Source of the DNA: Gemmatimonadota bacterium
GTDB lineage: Bacteria; Gemmatimonadota; Gemmatimonadetes; Palauibacterales; Palauibacteraceae
Reading direction: 5' to 3'
NCBI GenBank assembly: GCA_039588275.1
Contig: JBDHAC010000001.1
Coordinates: 13,203-77,202, forward strand
Length of the DNA: 64,000 nt
Shown: positions 15,617 to 24,215 of the stretch, in pieces
Layout: each line of letters opens with the position of its first letter
Position numbering within the stretch: position 1 is the first letter of the stretch
Made by a program: the position numbers and the translations under genes
The notes under the pieces: model-generated
What the model was told of the DNA's origin: nothing
What the model saw: only the letters and a program-made list of their open reading frames with translations
Databases searched by the model: none

Positions 15617-16960
15617 CTATCTGCGCCTCAACGGTCTCATGCGCTCCACGACCCCGCCGGTGACGCCGGCGGGTGCGCGCTTCAACGCCTTGAAGTCGTC
15701 GTAGTCGGCGTATGCGTACGACTCCATGTCGTTCGCGTCCGACAGCACGCCGATACCGGCGGGCTTGGAGCCCGGGTTGCCGCCGAATGTTCTGCGATAC
15801 GCATCCCGGAGATCGAACACGTACGTGCGCCACTCTCCGAGGCCTTCACTCCCCGATCCAACGACGACCTGCCAGGGTCTGCCGATCCCCTCCCGTCGCG
15901 TCGCGGCTCCCACGGGAAGCGTGGCGCTCCACACGTACTTCACGGATTCCGGAATGCGGCCGAAGGCCACCTTCTTGATGGTGACGTACACTCCGGCCGC
16001 GCTGTCGACCCTCTCGTCATCCCGCTCGTCGGCCCCCTCGGGGATCCGATTGACCCGCAGTCGGAAGGAGATGTAGGGGTAATCGTCCAGGTTCCAGGCT
16101 TCCTCGAGGCCTATGATGACCGATTCGCCTTCATCGGTGGCTTCGAGGTATCGGTTGCCGCCCTCCTCGCGGATCCTATACGGCGGCTCGTCGTCGTCCT
16201 CCCTCTGGTCCCAACCGACCGGGAACCGTCCGAGAGGTGACGACTCGAAATCGTCCAGGATCAGCTCGTCGTGGTTGCCGAGCTTGGCGATCATGTAGGG
16301 GAACGAATAGTCGTCGATCAGGTCGTCGACCCGGTCTCGATACTCTCTCAGCAGCTCGTCACCATCGTATTCGATGTCGACGATCTTGCACGCCTCACCC
16401 CCGGTCTTCGCGAGCCGCAGCGTGAGCTCACGTGTTCTCCCGTTGGGGGTCTCGAGCGAGTACTCGATGGCAGACGGGTCATTCCCGTCTCCGGTGGGTG
16501 TCAGGGTGGGAACGGTCCCCCGCATCTCGTCCTCGAGAAAGGAAACGAGGCCATCCCGTAACGAGATGCGCAGCGCTGCCAGAAACCGGGTGCGCTCCGC
16601 GGAGCGCATGCCGTCCCAATCGTCGCGGAAGATCTCTTGCGCGATCACGCCGACCGCCACGGTTCGATCGATCATCTCGACGGAACGGTCGGCGAACTCG
16701 TCGGACGAGAGCTGACCGCGGCCGGCCAGGAGGCTACGCCACTCTCCGACGAGGGACCGGGCCATGCCCGGAGCGGAGTCGCACGCGTCCCAGGGGGGTT
16801 GAGCCGACAGGTCCTGCCCGAAGGCCAGACCCAACAGCAGGCCCCCGAAGAGGCTCCCGACGCCGCTCCAGCGCCTCCGAGGGCGCAACCGGGCGTCGAG
16901 CCGGCTTTTCTCTCGTATCAACCCCAAGCCATCGTCCCGGGAGGGACGCGATAAGCCCAT
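15617..16960 (-). CDS. Fusion protein: MlaC-like lipid-binding domain + DUF3047 domain
   Basis: 3' part of ORF 15617..17080. ATG 16960 has GGAGG 5 nt upstream. The N-terminal half has an MlaC-like pattern (..IAQEIFRDDWDGMRSAERTRFLAAL..KIVDIEYDGDELL..YR). The C-terminal half has DUF3047-like blocks (DSAAGVYVT, VKYVWSATLPVG, VLSDANDMESYAYADYDDF), as I recall that family. Confidence 0.65.
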   Translation of the reverse strand: MGLSRPSRDDGLGLIREKSRLDARLRPRRRWSGVGSLFGGLLLGLAFGQDLSAQPPWDACDSAPGMARSLVGEWRSLLAGRGQLSSDEFADRSVEMIDRTVAVGVIAQEIFRDDWDGMRSAERTRFLAALRISLRDGLVSFLEDEMRGTVPTLTPTGDGNDPSAIEYSLETPNGRTRELTLRLAKTGGEACKIVDIEYDGDELLREYRDRVDDLIDDYSFPYMIAKLGNHDELILDDFESSPLGRFPVGWDQREDDDEPPYRIREEGGNRYLEATDEGESVIIGLEEAWNLDDYPYISFRLRVNRIPEGADERDDERVDSAAGVYVTIKKVAFGRIPESVKYVWSATLPVGAATRREGIGRPWQVVVGSGSEGLGEWRTYVFDLRDAYRRTFGGNPGSKPAGIGVLSDANDMESYAYADYDDFKALKRAPAGVTGGVVERMRPLRRR

Positions 16961-17131
16961 ATGGTCCTCCGTCCGCCAAATCCGCGTGTCGCTGTGGAAA
17001 ACGGACCCCCGCTCGCCTCTCGGGTTCCATCCAACTCGGTCGGGCGCAAAAACATCCGAGCCATCCGTTCGGTTCCGCAAGCCACGCGCCAGCCACCCGA
17101 AGACGCACGAGCCACGCTCTCGGTCACCGCC

Positions 17132-18670
17132 TCAGCCCGAGTCCGACGTCGGGTGTCTGGCTGATCGGAAGGCCGCCCGGACGCGATCCAGCTGTTCACG
17201 GTCCTCCGGCTCCAGTCCAAGAACGTACAGCGCCCCTAGATATGTGACCGCCAGCGCGGGGATTCCGAGCACGATACCGAGCGCCGGGACGCCGGCGGTG
17301 AGCCGTTGCAGCGCCAACACCACGCCGAGCGCCGGTACCAGCGCGACGAGCGGCTTGAGAATCGACGGGGCCACGGTCGTCAGGCCGAAGAGACGCCGGT
17401 TGAGGTAGATCCTGGCCGCGTTCACGACGGTGACCGTTAAGATGGTCGCCACTGCCGCGCCTTCCAGGCCCATCGCCCCGATCAGCCAGACGTTGGCGGC
17501 AACCGCGAGGATGAACATTCCGACTCCCAGGACCACGTTGACGAACGGACGCAGAAAGACGAACGGGAGATCGCTCACGCCCAGACTGCCGTTTATCGCA
17601 TCTCCGATCGAAAGGAGCACGAGCACCGTGGCGCCGGTCGCGAAGCCCGCGCCCATGAGACCGAGCAGGTCATCGCCCCACAGGGCGTAGAGCGCCACCA
17701 CGGCCGTCATGGCCGTGAAGATCCAGCGCGACACGAGGGCGATCTGCTGTGCCGCCCGGGCGCGCTCGCCGGCTCCGAGGCTCGCGGACACGACGGGGGC
17801 CAGAATCCGGTCGAATCCCAGGCGGATCTTCTTGGTGACCGTCGTGAACTGTCGCGCCATCCCGTACACCCCGACAGCCGAGGCAGGCATGAAGTACGAC
17901 ACGAGGAAGATGTCCACCCGGTCGGTGATGAACGCGAGAACCTCGTATCCTGCCGTGGGCGCGCTGAATGCGATCATCTCGCGCATCTCGCTCCGCCGGG
18001 GCCGGACCTCTACGCACTTTCGTACCGAGTAGATGCGCGTGAAGAAGAAGGCGGACAGCAGCGCCGCCGCGGCGAGCGACGCGACATACCCGATCGCGAG
18101 ACCGTGCTCGCGCGCCCCCGCCAGGTAGGCGAGCACGATGACGACCGTGAGCGTGATGGGCTCGGCCAGGCTGCGCGCGTAGAGGTCGAAGCGCATCTGT
18201 CGCGTGAAGCGGATCGCGGCCAGAAGGATCTCGGAGAGGACGATGAGAGGGATCGCGGCCGACAGGATGCGCAGAGTGGTGCCCGCGGTCTCCAGGTTGA
18301 ACAATCCTGCCAGCGAATGGGCGCCTGCGGCGAGCGCCAGGGCGAGGATCACGGCCGCGGCGAACGTGACGGCCACGGCCGTGGTGACGGCCCGGTACGC
18401 GACGCCGGTCCGAGCGATCTCGTCGCTCATGAACTTGTAGACCGAGCGCCTCATCCCGAACGTCGCCAGCGCCGCCGCCGTCTCGACGACCGAGATCCCG
18501 AACGTGAACGCGCCGAACCTGGCCTCGCCGTACAGGAGGCCGGCGAGGAAGATGAACGGAACCCGGCTGCCGAGCCGCGCGATGTAGCCCACGTAGTTGA
18601 CGCCGGCACCGCGCGCCAGGTCGCGCGCGTCTGTCTCCGGGGTGGTCTGCGATGAGGATAGATCGGTCAT
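17132..18670 (-). CDS. MOP-superfamily oligosaccharide/polysaccharide flippase (Wzx-like)
   Basis: ORF 17132..18712; I prefer ATG 18670 (MTDLSSS..). It is a ~12-14 TM hydrophobic protein with the typical polysaccharide-biosynthesis-protein pattern. Confidence 0.7.
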   Translation of the reverse strand: MTDLSSSQTTPETDARDLARGAGVNYVGYIARLGSRVPFIFLAGLLYGEARFGAFTFGISVVETAAALATFGMRRSVYKFMSDEIARTGVAYRAVTTAVAVTFAAAVILALALAAGAHSLAGLFNLETAGTTLRILSAAIPLIVLSEILLAAIRFTRQMRFDLYARSLAEPITLTVVIVLAYLAGAREHGLAIGYVASLAAAALLSAFFFTRIYSVRKCVEVRPRRSEMREMIAFSAPTAGYEVLAFITDRVDIFLVSYFMPASAVGVYGMARQFTTVTKKIRLGFDRILAPVVSASLGAGERARAAQQIALVSRWIFTAMTAVVALYALWGDDLLGLMGAGFATGATVLVLLSIGDAINGSLGVSDLPFVFLRPFVNVVLGVGMFILAVAANVWLIGAMGLEGAAVATILTVTVVNAARIYLNRRLFGLTTVAPSILKPLVALVPALGVVLALQRLTAGVPALGIVLGIPALAVTYLGALYVLGLEPEDREQLDRVRAAFRSARHPTSDSG

Positions 18671-18853
18671 TTCGCGGCCCGCATACTGGCGCGGGAGGGC
18701 CCGGAGAGGCAAATCAATGTTCGACCCAAGCCCGGGCTCCTCCGGCCAAGCCGGATCATGCGACCTGTTTCGGAGATCTCAATGCATCCGGCCCTGAGCC
18801 GACTTCGCAGAAAATTCACCCCGGCCGGACCGTCCGCCGCGTCCGAACCGGGC

Positions 18854-19753
18854 ATGGAGTACGTGAAGTACCTCGCGTTCTCCACTTTCACGCCGTCCTT
18901 CCCCCAGATCATCCAGATCCAGACCAAGTACGGGTGCAACGCCCGCTGCGTCTTCTGCCCGATGGGGCGAGAGCAGAACCAGATCCAGGGACTGATGGAT
19001 GATGTCACTTTCCAGCGGATCGTGGATGAAGCGGTCGAGAACCGGGTGAAGGTGTTGAGCCCCTACCTGCAGAACGATCCGCTCGTAGACCGCCGGATCC
19101 ACGAACGCGTCGCCTACATTCGCGAACGACGCGGCCGCAAGCGCCTGCCGCGGACGAAGCTGATCACGAACGGGGCCCTGCTGACCGAAGACAGGGCCTA
19201 TAATCTGATTCGTTCCGGTCTCGAGCACATCGTTTTCAGCGTGCACGGAATCGACCCGCAGGTCTACGAGGACCTCATGCAGGGCCCTCGGTTCTCGCGA
19301 ACGCTCGAGAACATCGAGACGTTCGTGCGCGTTCGAGATGAGCTGAAATCGAGGACGCCCAAGACCCAGGTATGGGCGGTTCTCACCGAGGATGTGGAAC
19401 GGCAGCTGGACGACGTCGGTAAGTTCTGGAAGGAGCGCGGCATCTCCTTCAAGGCACGCCCACTCGACAATCGGGCACATCCGGAGATCACGGAGAACAC
19501 CGACCTGGTCGAGGCCGACGACGGGTGGCGGTATGCGACGTGGTGTACCATCCCCTTCTGGAGGGCCTGGATCCTCTGGAACGGAGACGTGGTCCTGTGC
19601 TGCGTCGACTGGGAGCGCAAGCACGTCTTCGGAAACATCCACGAGAATTCGATCCGCGAGATCTGGAACAGCGACGCCTACGAGAAGTACCGCGAGCGGA
19701 TGCGGAAGAACGACTTCGCGGGGACTCTGTGTGAAAACTGTCAGGGAGTTTGA
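18854..19753 (+). CDS. Radical SAM enzyme with a C-terminal SPASM/twitch-type Cys cluster
   Basis: ORF 18758..19753; the start is uncertain (18758, 18782 or 18854). It has the CxxxCxxC motif YGCNARCVFCP and a C-terminal Cys-rich region WCTIP..VVLCCVDW..GTLCENC. Confidence 0.75.
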   Translation: MEYVKYLAFSTFTPSFPQIIQIQTKYGCNARCVFCPMGREQNQIQGLMDDVTFQRIVDEAVENRVKVLSPYLQNDPLVDRRIHERVAYIRERRGRKRLPRTKLITNGALLTEDRAYNLIRSGLEHIVFSVHGIDPQVYEDLMQGPRFSRTLENIETFVRVRDELKSRTPKTQVWAVLTEDVERQLDDVGKFWKERGISFKARPLDNRAHPEITENTDLVEADDGWRYATWCTIPFWRAWILWNGDVVLCCVDWERKHVFGNIHENSIREIWNSDAYEKYRERMRKNDFAGTLCENCQGV

Positions 19754-20990
19754 CGAGGCGCCGCCGCGGTATGGTCACCCCGAACTTGCCGCTCATGAGC
19801 GGCGCGACGAGCTCGGGCGGCTGGCCGGCCTGAGGGTCGCGTACCTCTCCGATCAACAGTATCCGAACGAGAAAGCCGACGCGGAGCAGGTCGTGAACAC
19901 CGTCTCCGCGCTCGCCGCGGAGGGGCTGGATATCCGCCTGATTATTCCGCGAGGCTGGCGAACCCTCGGCGTCCCCAAGCGGCGTCGCGTCGAGAAGCTG
20001 AGGGGGTTCTACGGTCTCGCAGAGAGCCTGCGCACGACGGAGCTCATCACTCTGCCTTCGCTTCCTCTTCGCCCCGAGAAGCAAACGCACGGAATCCTGG
20101 CGCCGCTCTGGGCCAGGCTCGGAGGATATCAGCTCGTCTACACGCGGAATCCGCTGCCCGCATACGTGGCTACCCTCCTGGGCTTGCCGGTGGTCTTCGA
20201 GACGTATCGCATCCACCGGTCCACGAGCCCGGTAGGGAGGTGGTTGGGCCGGTGGTCACGATCGCGGCGGCTGCTGGGAATCATCACCCACTCCAGCATC
20301 TCCAGTGACGGCCTGGTGGGTTGCGGCGTCGAGCCGAACAAGATCCGTGCGATACACAACGGCTTCAATCCGGCGCTCTTCGAGGACGCGCTGTCTCGAG
20401 CCGAAGCCCGGCGACGGCTGGGGCTGCCGGTCGATGGCAAGATCGCCTGCTACGCCGGCCGGATGGACAGAAGGAAGGGCATCGGATCGTTACTCGAGCT
20501 CGCGCAGAGGACGCCCGAGATCACGTACTGGCTCATCGGCAAGTCGCAGCAGGACCGCGAGGGGTGGGTCGCCCGCTGGGTCGCCGAGCAGGGCGTGACG
20601 AACGTCCGGCGGATCCCCTGGATGACGGAGGAGAGCCTGGTCGAGTACCTGTGGGCGGCGGACGCGCTGTTGATCCCGCCGACCGCGCAACCGTTGCACA
20701 GGTACGGGAAGACCGTGCTGCCGATGAAGCTGTTCAAGTACCTCGCCGCGGGCCGCCCGATCCTGGCTCCCGAGCTGCCGGACACCGAGGATGTCCTGAA
20801 CGACCGCAACGCGGTCCTCGTGGCGCCGGACGAGCTGGAGGCAGCCGCCGACGCCGTCCGCAGGATCGTTGACGATGCTGCCTTGTCCACCTCTCTGGCC
20901 ACTCAGGCAAGGACCGACGCTCGGGACCTGACCTGGGAGGCCCGGGCACGCAGGATCATCGCGTTCATAGAGGAGCGCCTATCGGCATGA
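19731..20990 (+). CDS. Glycosyltransferase family 4 (GT-B, group 1)
   Basis: 3' part of ORF 19392..20990. GTG 19731 is the only canonical in-frame start near the upstream stop, giving a 23-nt overlap. It has the pattern RVAYLSDQQYP...KGIGSLLELA...LIPP....GKTVLPMKLFKYLAAGRPILAP. Confidence 0.75.
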   Translation: MKTVREFDEAPPRYGHPELAAHERRDELGRLAGLRVAYLSDQQYPNEKADAEQVVNTVSALAAEGLDIRLIIPRGWRTLGVPKRRRVEKLRGFYGLAESLRTTELITLPSLPLRPEKQTHGILAPLWARLGGYQLVYTRNPLPAYVATLLGLPVVFETYRIHRSTSPVGRWLGRWSRSRRLLGIITHSSISSDGLVGCGVEPNKIRAIHNGFNPALFEDALSRAEARRRLGLPVDGKIACYAGRMDRRKGIGSLLELAQRTPEITYWLIGKSQQDREGWVARWVAEQGVTNVRRIPWMTEESLVEYLWAADALLIPPTAQPLHRYGKTVLPMKLFKYLAAGRPILAPELPDTEDVLNDRNAVLVAPDELEAAADAVRRIVDDAALSTSLATQARTDARDLTWEARARRIIAFIEERLSA

Positions 20991-22030
20991 GGGCGCCCCG
21001 GCTTCTTCCGTGGCCCGACCCACGCCGGAAGGAGAACCCTTACCAGAAGGTCGTCTACGCCGGTCTGACGGCGAACGGTATCCGGATTCGTCGGACGCCG
21101 CCTCTCTTTTCGCTGATTCCATTCGCGCCGAGCTCCGACTGGTTGCACCTGAACTGGCCGGAGACCCTGTTCGCCGCTCGTGACTCCGCCGGGCGAGAAA
21201 GGAAGCTCGCTCGCTTCGTCCACACCGTGCGCCGGGTGAAGCGACGGGGGACGAAGATCCTGTGGACCATGCACAACGAGTTCCCGCATGAGGAGGTCGA
21301 CGCGGACCTCCACCGGGGCGCCAACGCGCGGCTGTGCGAGCTGAGCGACCTGATTCACGTCCATTTCCCGCAGGCCGCCGAACATCTGGCGCTGGAATAC
21401 CGAGCGGATCCCGATGCGATCCACGTGATGCCGCACCCGCACTACGGAGATTACTACGGAGAGCCGATCCCGAAACGCAGGGCGAGAGCCGAGATCGGGA
21501 TCGACGAGGACGTCCGCGTGGTCCTCATCTTCGGCTACCTGCGGCGGTACAAGGGGATCGAGTCGGCGGTCGAGAGCCTCCTGGGAGCGCGGAATGATCG
21601 ACTTCGCCTTCTGATAGCCGGGAAGCCGGAGGATGACGCGCTCGTGAACGTCCTGAGGTCGGCGCGCGAGGAGGACAGGAGGCTCATCCTGAGACTCTCG
21701 CGGATACCCGACAGCGAGGTGGCGCCGCTGTTCGCCGCGGCCGACGCGTTCCTGCTCCCGAGTCGGCGCTCCTTCACCTCGGGCTCTCTGATGCTCGCGC
21801 TGACCTACGGCTTGCCGGTGATCGCCGTCCCACGGAACCACGCGTCGACGTTCCTCGGCACGTCATTCTTCCAGCCCTGGGAGCCGCCGACGACCGACAA
21901 CCTGACCGCGTTGTTGGAGGCTCTGGACGACTGGCTGGCCGGCGTCCGAGTCGAAGAGCTGGAGCGAGTCAGGGCGGAGTTCGACGCCGAGCGTCTATCG
22001 GAGGGTTTGAGCGACAGATTGAGACGATGA
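20987..22030 (+). CDS. Glycosyltransferase (group 1/GT4-like)
   Basis: ORF of 347 aa with an ATGA overlap on the upstream GT. It has the pattern VVLIFGYLRRYKGIE...LLIAGKPED...ADAFLLPSRRSFTSGSLMLALTYGLPVIAVP. Confidence 0.7.
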   Translation: MRAPRLLPWPDPRRKENPYQKVVYAGLTANGIRIRRTPPLFSLIPFAPSSDWLHLNWPETLFAARDSAGRERKLARFVHTVRRVKRRGTKILWTMHNEFPHEEVDADLHRGANARLCELSDLIHVHFPQAAEHLALEYRADPDAIHVMPHPHYGDYYGEPIPKRRARAEIGIDEDVRVVLIFGYLRRYKGIESAVESLLGARNDRLRLLIAGKPEDDALVNVLRSAREEDRRLILRLSRIPDSEVAPLFAAADAFLLPSRRSFTSGSLMLALTYGLPVIAVPRNHASTFLGTSFFQPWEPPTTDNLTALLEALDDWLAGVRVEELERVRAEFDAERLSEGLSDRLRR

Positions 22031-22232
22031 GCCACCGAGGTGTGTGGCCCCGCGCTCGTCTTCGGAGCGCGACTGGCCCCACCTCCGTCGGTTCGAGGCG
22101 TTCGGCGAGCATCCTTTTCGCGCTTCATCGCATCAAACGAATGGGTCGAATCCGCGAAGCGGAACCGGCCGAACTGCGATCATGATCGAAAAACGATCCG
22201 GCCCAGCGCCGTTCACCGCAAAAGGATTCCCG

Positions 22233-24053
22233 ATGAAGAACGGACGAAGATCCGCGTATATCGGTCTCGCCCTGACATGGCTCGTCAGTGGTCTCGCCCT
22301 CGCCCAGACGGTCGGGTCCGCGCGCTCGGCCACGATCTCCGATGTGGGATATCAGGTCACGTTCGACGAGACCACCGCCCCCTTCAGACAGATCTCGGTG
22401 ACCATGTCCTTCCGGGCGGCCGGCTCGGGACCCGTCATCCTGTCGCTACCGGCCTGGACGCCAGGCTCTTACGAGCTCGACAACTATGCTCGGAACATCG
22501 TGAGCTTCGAGGCCCGCTCGGGCGATACCGCACTACGCTGGGACAAGGTGGATTGGGACACGTGGCGCGTGTTCCCGGCAGGCTCGGGGGAGGTGACCGT
22601 CGGGTTCGACTACCGCGCGGACGCCCTGGACACCGGGAGCGCATGGACGGCGCCCGACTTCGCCTTCTTCAACGGCACCAACCTGTTCCTCTACCCGGAG
22701 GGCCAGGGGTACGCGTTCTCCGCACGGGTGACGTTCCAAACCGAGCCGGACTGGCAGGTGGCTACCGGGATGACGCCGGGTGCGGGCGAGCACGAGTACG
22801 TGGCGGCGGATTTTCACGAGCTGGTCGACATGCCGACGTTCATCGGCCACTTCGACATGGACGGCGCGGCGATCGACGGCGTCCAGCACCGGCTTGCCAC
22901 CTATCCGGCGGGAGCCGTGACGGGTGAGCATCGCGAAGGGATCTGGGATCAGCTGCGCGGGATGATGCCGCCCATGGCCGCCGTGTTCGATGAGACGCCG
23001 TTCGAGGCGTACACGACGCTGATGGTGTTCCCGCAGGAGTTCGGCGGCGCCTCGGCGCTCGAGCACCGCAACTCGCACCTCGGCATCTACACGCCCCAGC
23101 TCGTGGGCAGCCCCATACTCGCCTCCGTGGTGGCGCACGAGATCTTCCACGCCTGGAACGTGAAGCGGCTGCGCCCCGCCCCGCTGGTGCCGTACGACTA
23201 CGGTCATGCGCAACCGACGACGCTGCTGTGGGTGAGCGAGGGCATCACCAGCTACTATGACGATCTGTCTCTGGTCCGCGGCGGCGTGTTCGGGCCCGAG
23301 TATTTCTATCAGTCGACCGGCGGTGACATCGCCACGACCGAGTCGGCGGGGGCCGTCGCGCTCGAGGATGCGTCTCTCACGACCTGGATCGGCTCCCGGG
23401 ACGGCACGGGGGGCATCTACTACCCGAAGGGCGCCGTGGCGGGCTTTCTCCTGGACATCTTGATCCGCGATGCCACGGACAACGAAGCCTCGCTCGACGA
23501 CGTGATGCGGGAGCTGTACTGGGGCACCTACAAGGAGACCTTCACGGGCTTCAGCGAAGCCGCCTGGTGGGATGCGGTCAGTCGCGCCGCGGGAGGCGCG
23601 TCGTTCGACGATTTCTACGCCCGCTACGTGGACGGCCGCGAGCCCTACCCGTGGGACGAGGTGCTGCCGCTCGCCGGGTTGAGCCTCCAGCAGGTGACCA
23701 CGGTTCGACCGCTGGTAGGCATCTTCGCCGAGTACGACAGCCTCGGCGTACGGGTCGCTGGTCTCTCGCCCGGCGGAGCGGCGGCGGACGGCGGCATCCG
23801 GGAGGGCGACTACCTGCTAAGGGCGGGTCCCGTCGAGCTCGGCACGCCCCAGGACTTCGACGAGTTTCGGGCCCACTTCTCGGACATCCCCGAGGGCACG
23901 GCGTACGAGGTCGTCGTGCGGCGAGGTGAGGAGGAGGTCGCGCTCGAGCTGGATCTGCGGCTCTCCGAGGACGTGCAATACACCCTGGACGAGGATCCGA
24001 ACGCCTCACCCAAGGCGGTTCGAATCAGGGAGAGCCTGCTGACGGGGACCTGA
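22233..24053 (+). CDS. M61 glycyl-aminopeptidase-family metallopeptidase with a C-terminal PDZ domain
   Basis: 3' part of ORF 22044..24053. ATG 22233 gives the signal MKNGRRSAYIGLALTWLVSGLALAQ. The zinc motif is HEIFHAWN (HExxH). PDZ-like sequence is VRVAGLSPGGAAADGGIREGDYLL. Confidence 0.8.
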   Translation: MKNGRRSAYIGLALTWLVSGLALAQTVGSARSATISDVGYQVTFDETTAPFRQISVTMSFRAAGSGPVILSLPAWTPGSYELDNYARNIVSFEARSGDTALRWDKVDWDTWRVFPAGSGEVTVGFDYRADALDTGSAWTAPDFAFFNGTNLFLYPEGQGYAFSARVTFQTEPDWQVATGMTPGAGEHEYVAADFHELVDMPTFIGHFDMDGAAIDGVQHRLATYPAGAVTGEHREGIWDQLRGMMPPMAAVFDETPFEAYTTLMVFPQEFGGASALEHRNSHLGIYTPQLVGSPILASVVAHEIFHAWNVKRLRPAPLVPYDYGHAQPTTLLWVSEGITSYYDDLSLVRGGVFGPEYFYQSTGGDIATTESAGAVALEDASLTTWIGSRDGTGGIYYPKGAVAGFLLDILIRDATDNEASLDDVMRELYWGTYKETFTGFSEAAWWDAVSRAAGGASFDDFYARYVDGREPYPWDEVLPLAGLSLQQVTTVRPLVGIFAEYDSLGVRVAGLSPGGAAADGGIREGDYLLRAGPVELGTPQDFDEFRAHFSDIPEGTAYEVVVRRGEEEVALELDLRLSEDVQYTLDEDPNASPKAVRIRESLLTGT

Positions 24054-24215
24054 CCGCTCCGCCGCCGGGCACCTCACGGTGCCGGGCCGACACCGCAGGG
24101 CCACCGCGGGTGAGCCATACGCTCTCCCGAGTCTTGTACCCGTGCGATCCGCGTCCGATAGTCAGGCATCCGCCCGAACGACATCCGACCGAAGGACCGA
24201 GTCCGAGGAGGACCC

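Noticed and set aside
14096-16240. A 714-aa plus-strand ORF. Similar long ORFs occur at 11270..12709, 29044..31116, 39008..40099, 40174..41253, 48086..49129, 50451..52130, 52462..53754, 54553..55713 and 58073..60298.
   Set aside because: Each is antisense to, or out of frame with, a gene carrying clear family motifs (TolC, RND, S9, OFOR, IPMDH-family, M16, PaaK-like, AKR, S8). Their compositions are typical of GC-rich shadow frames.
22044-22232. N-terminal extensions of several ORFs as listed in the track (22044, 28150, 31554, 30959, 39125, 40429, 43565, 43938, 48961, 58747, 60499, 17080, 2064).
   Set aside because: The extensions are Arg/Pro/Ser-rich and lack signal peptides. In each case an internal ATG or GTG with a Shine-Dalgarno-like GGAGG/GAGG gives a canonical signal peptide or lipobox, or a 4-nt ATGA coupling to the upstream gene. 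I used the internal starts.
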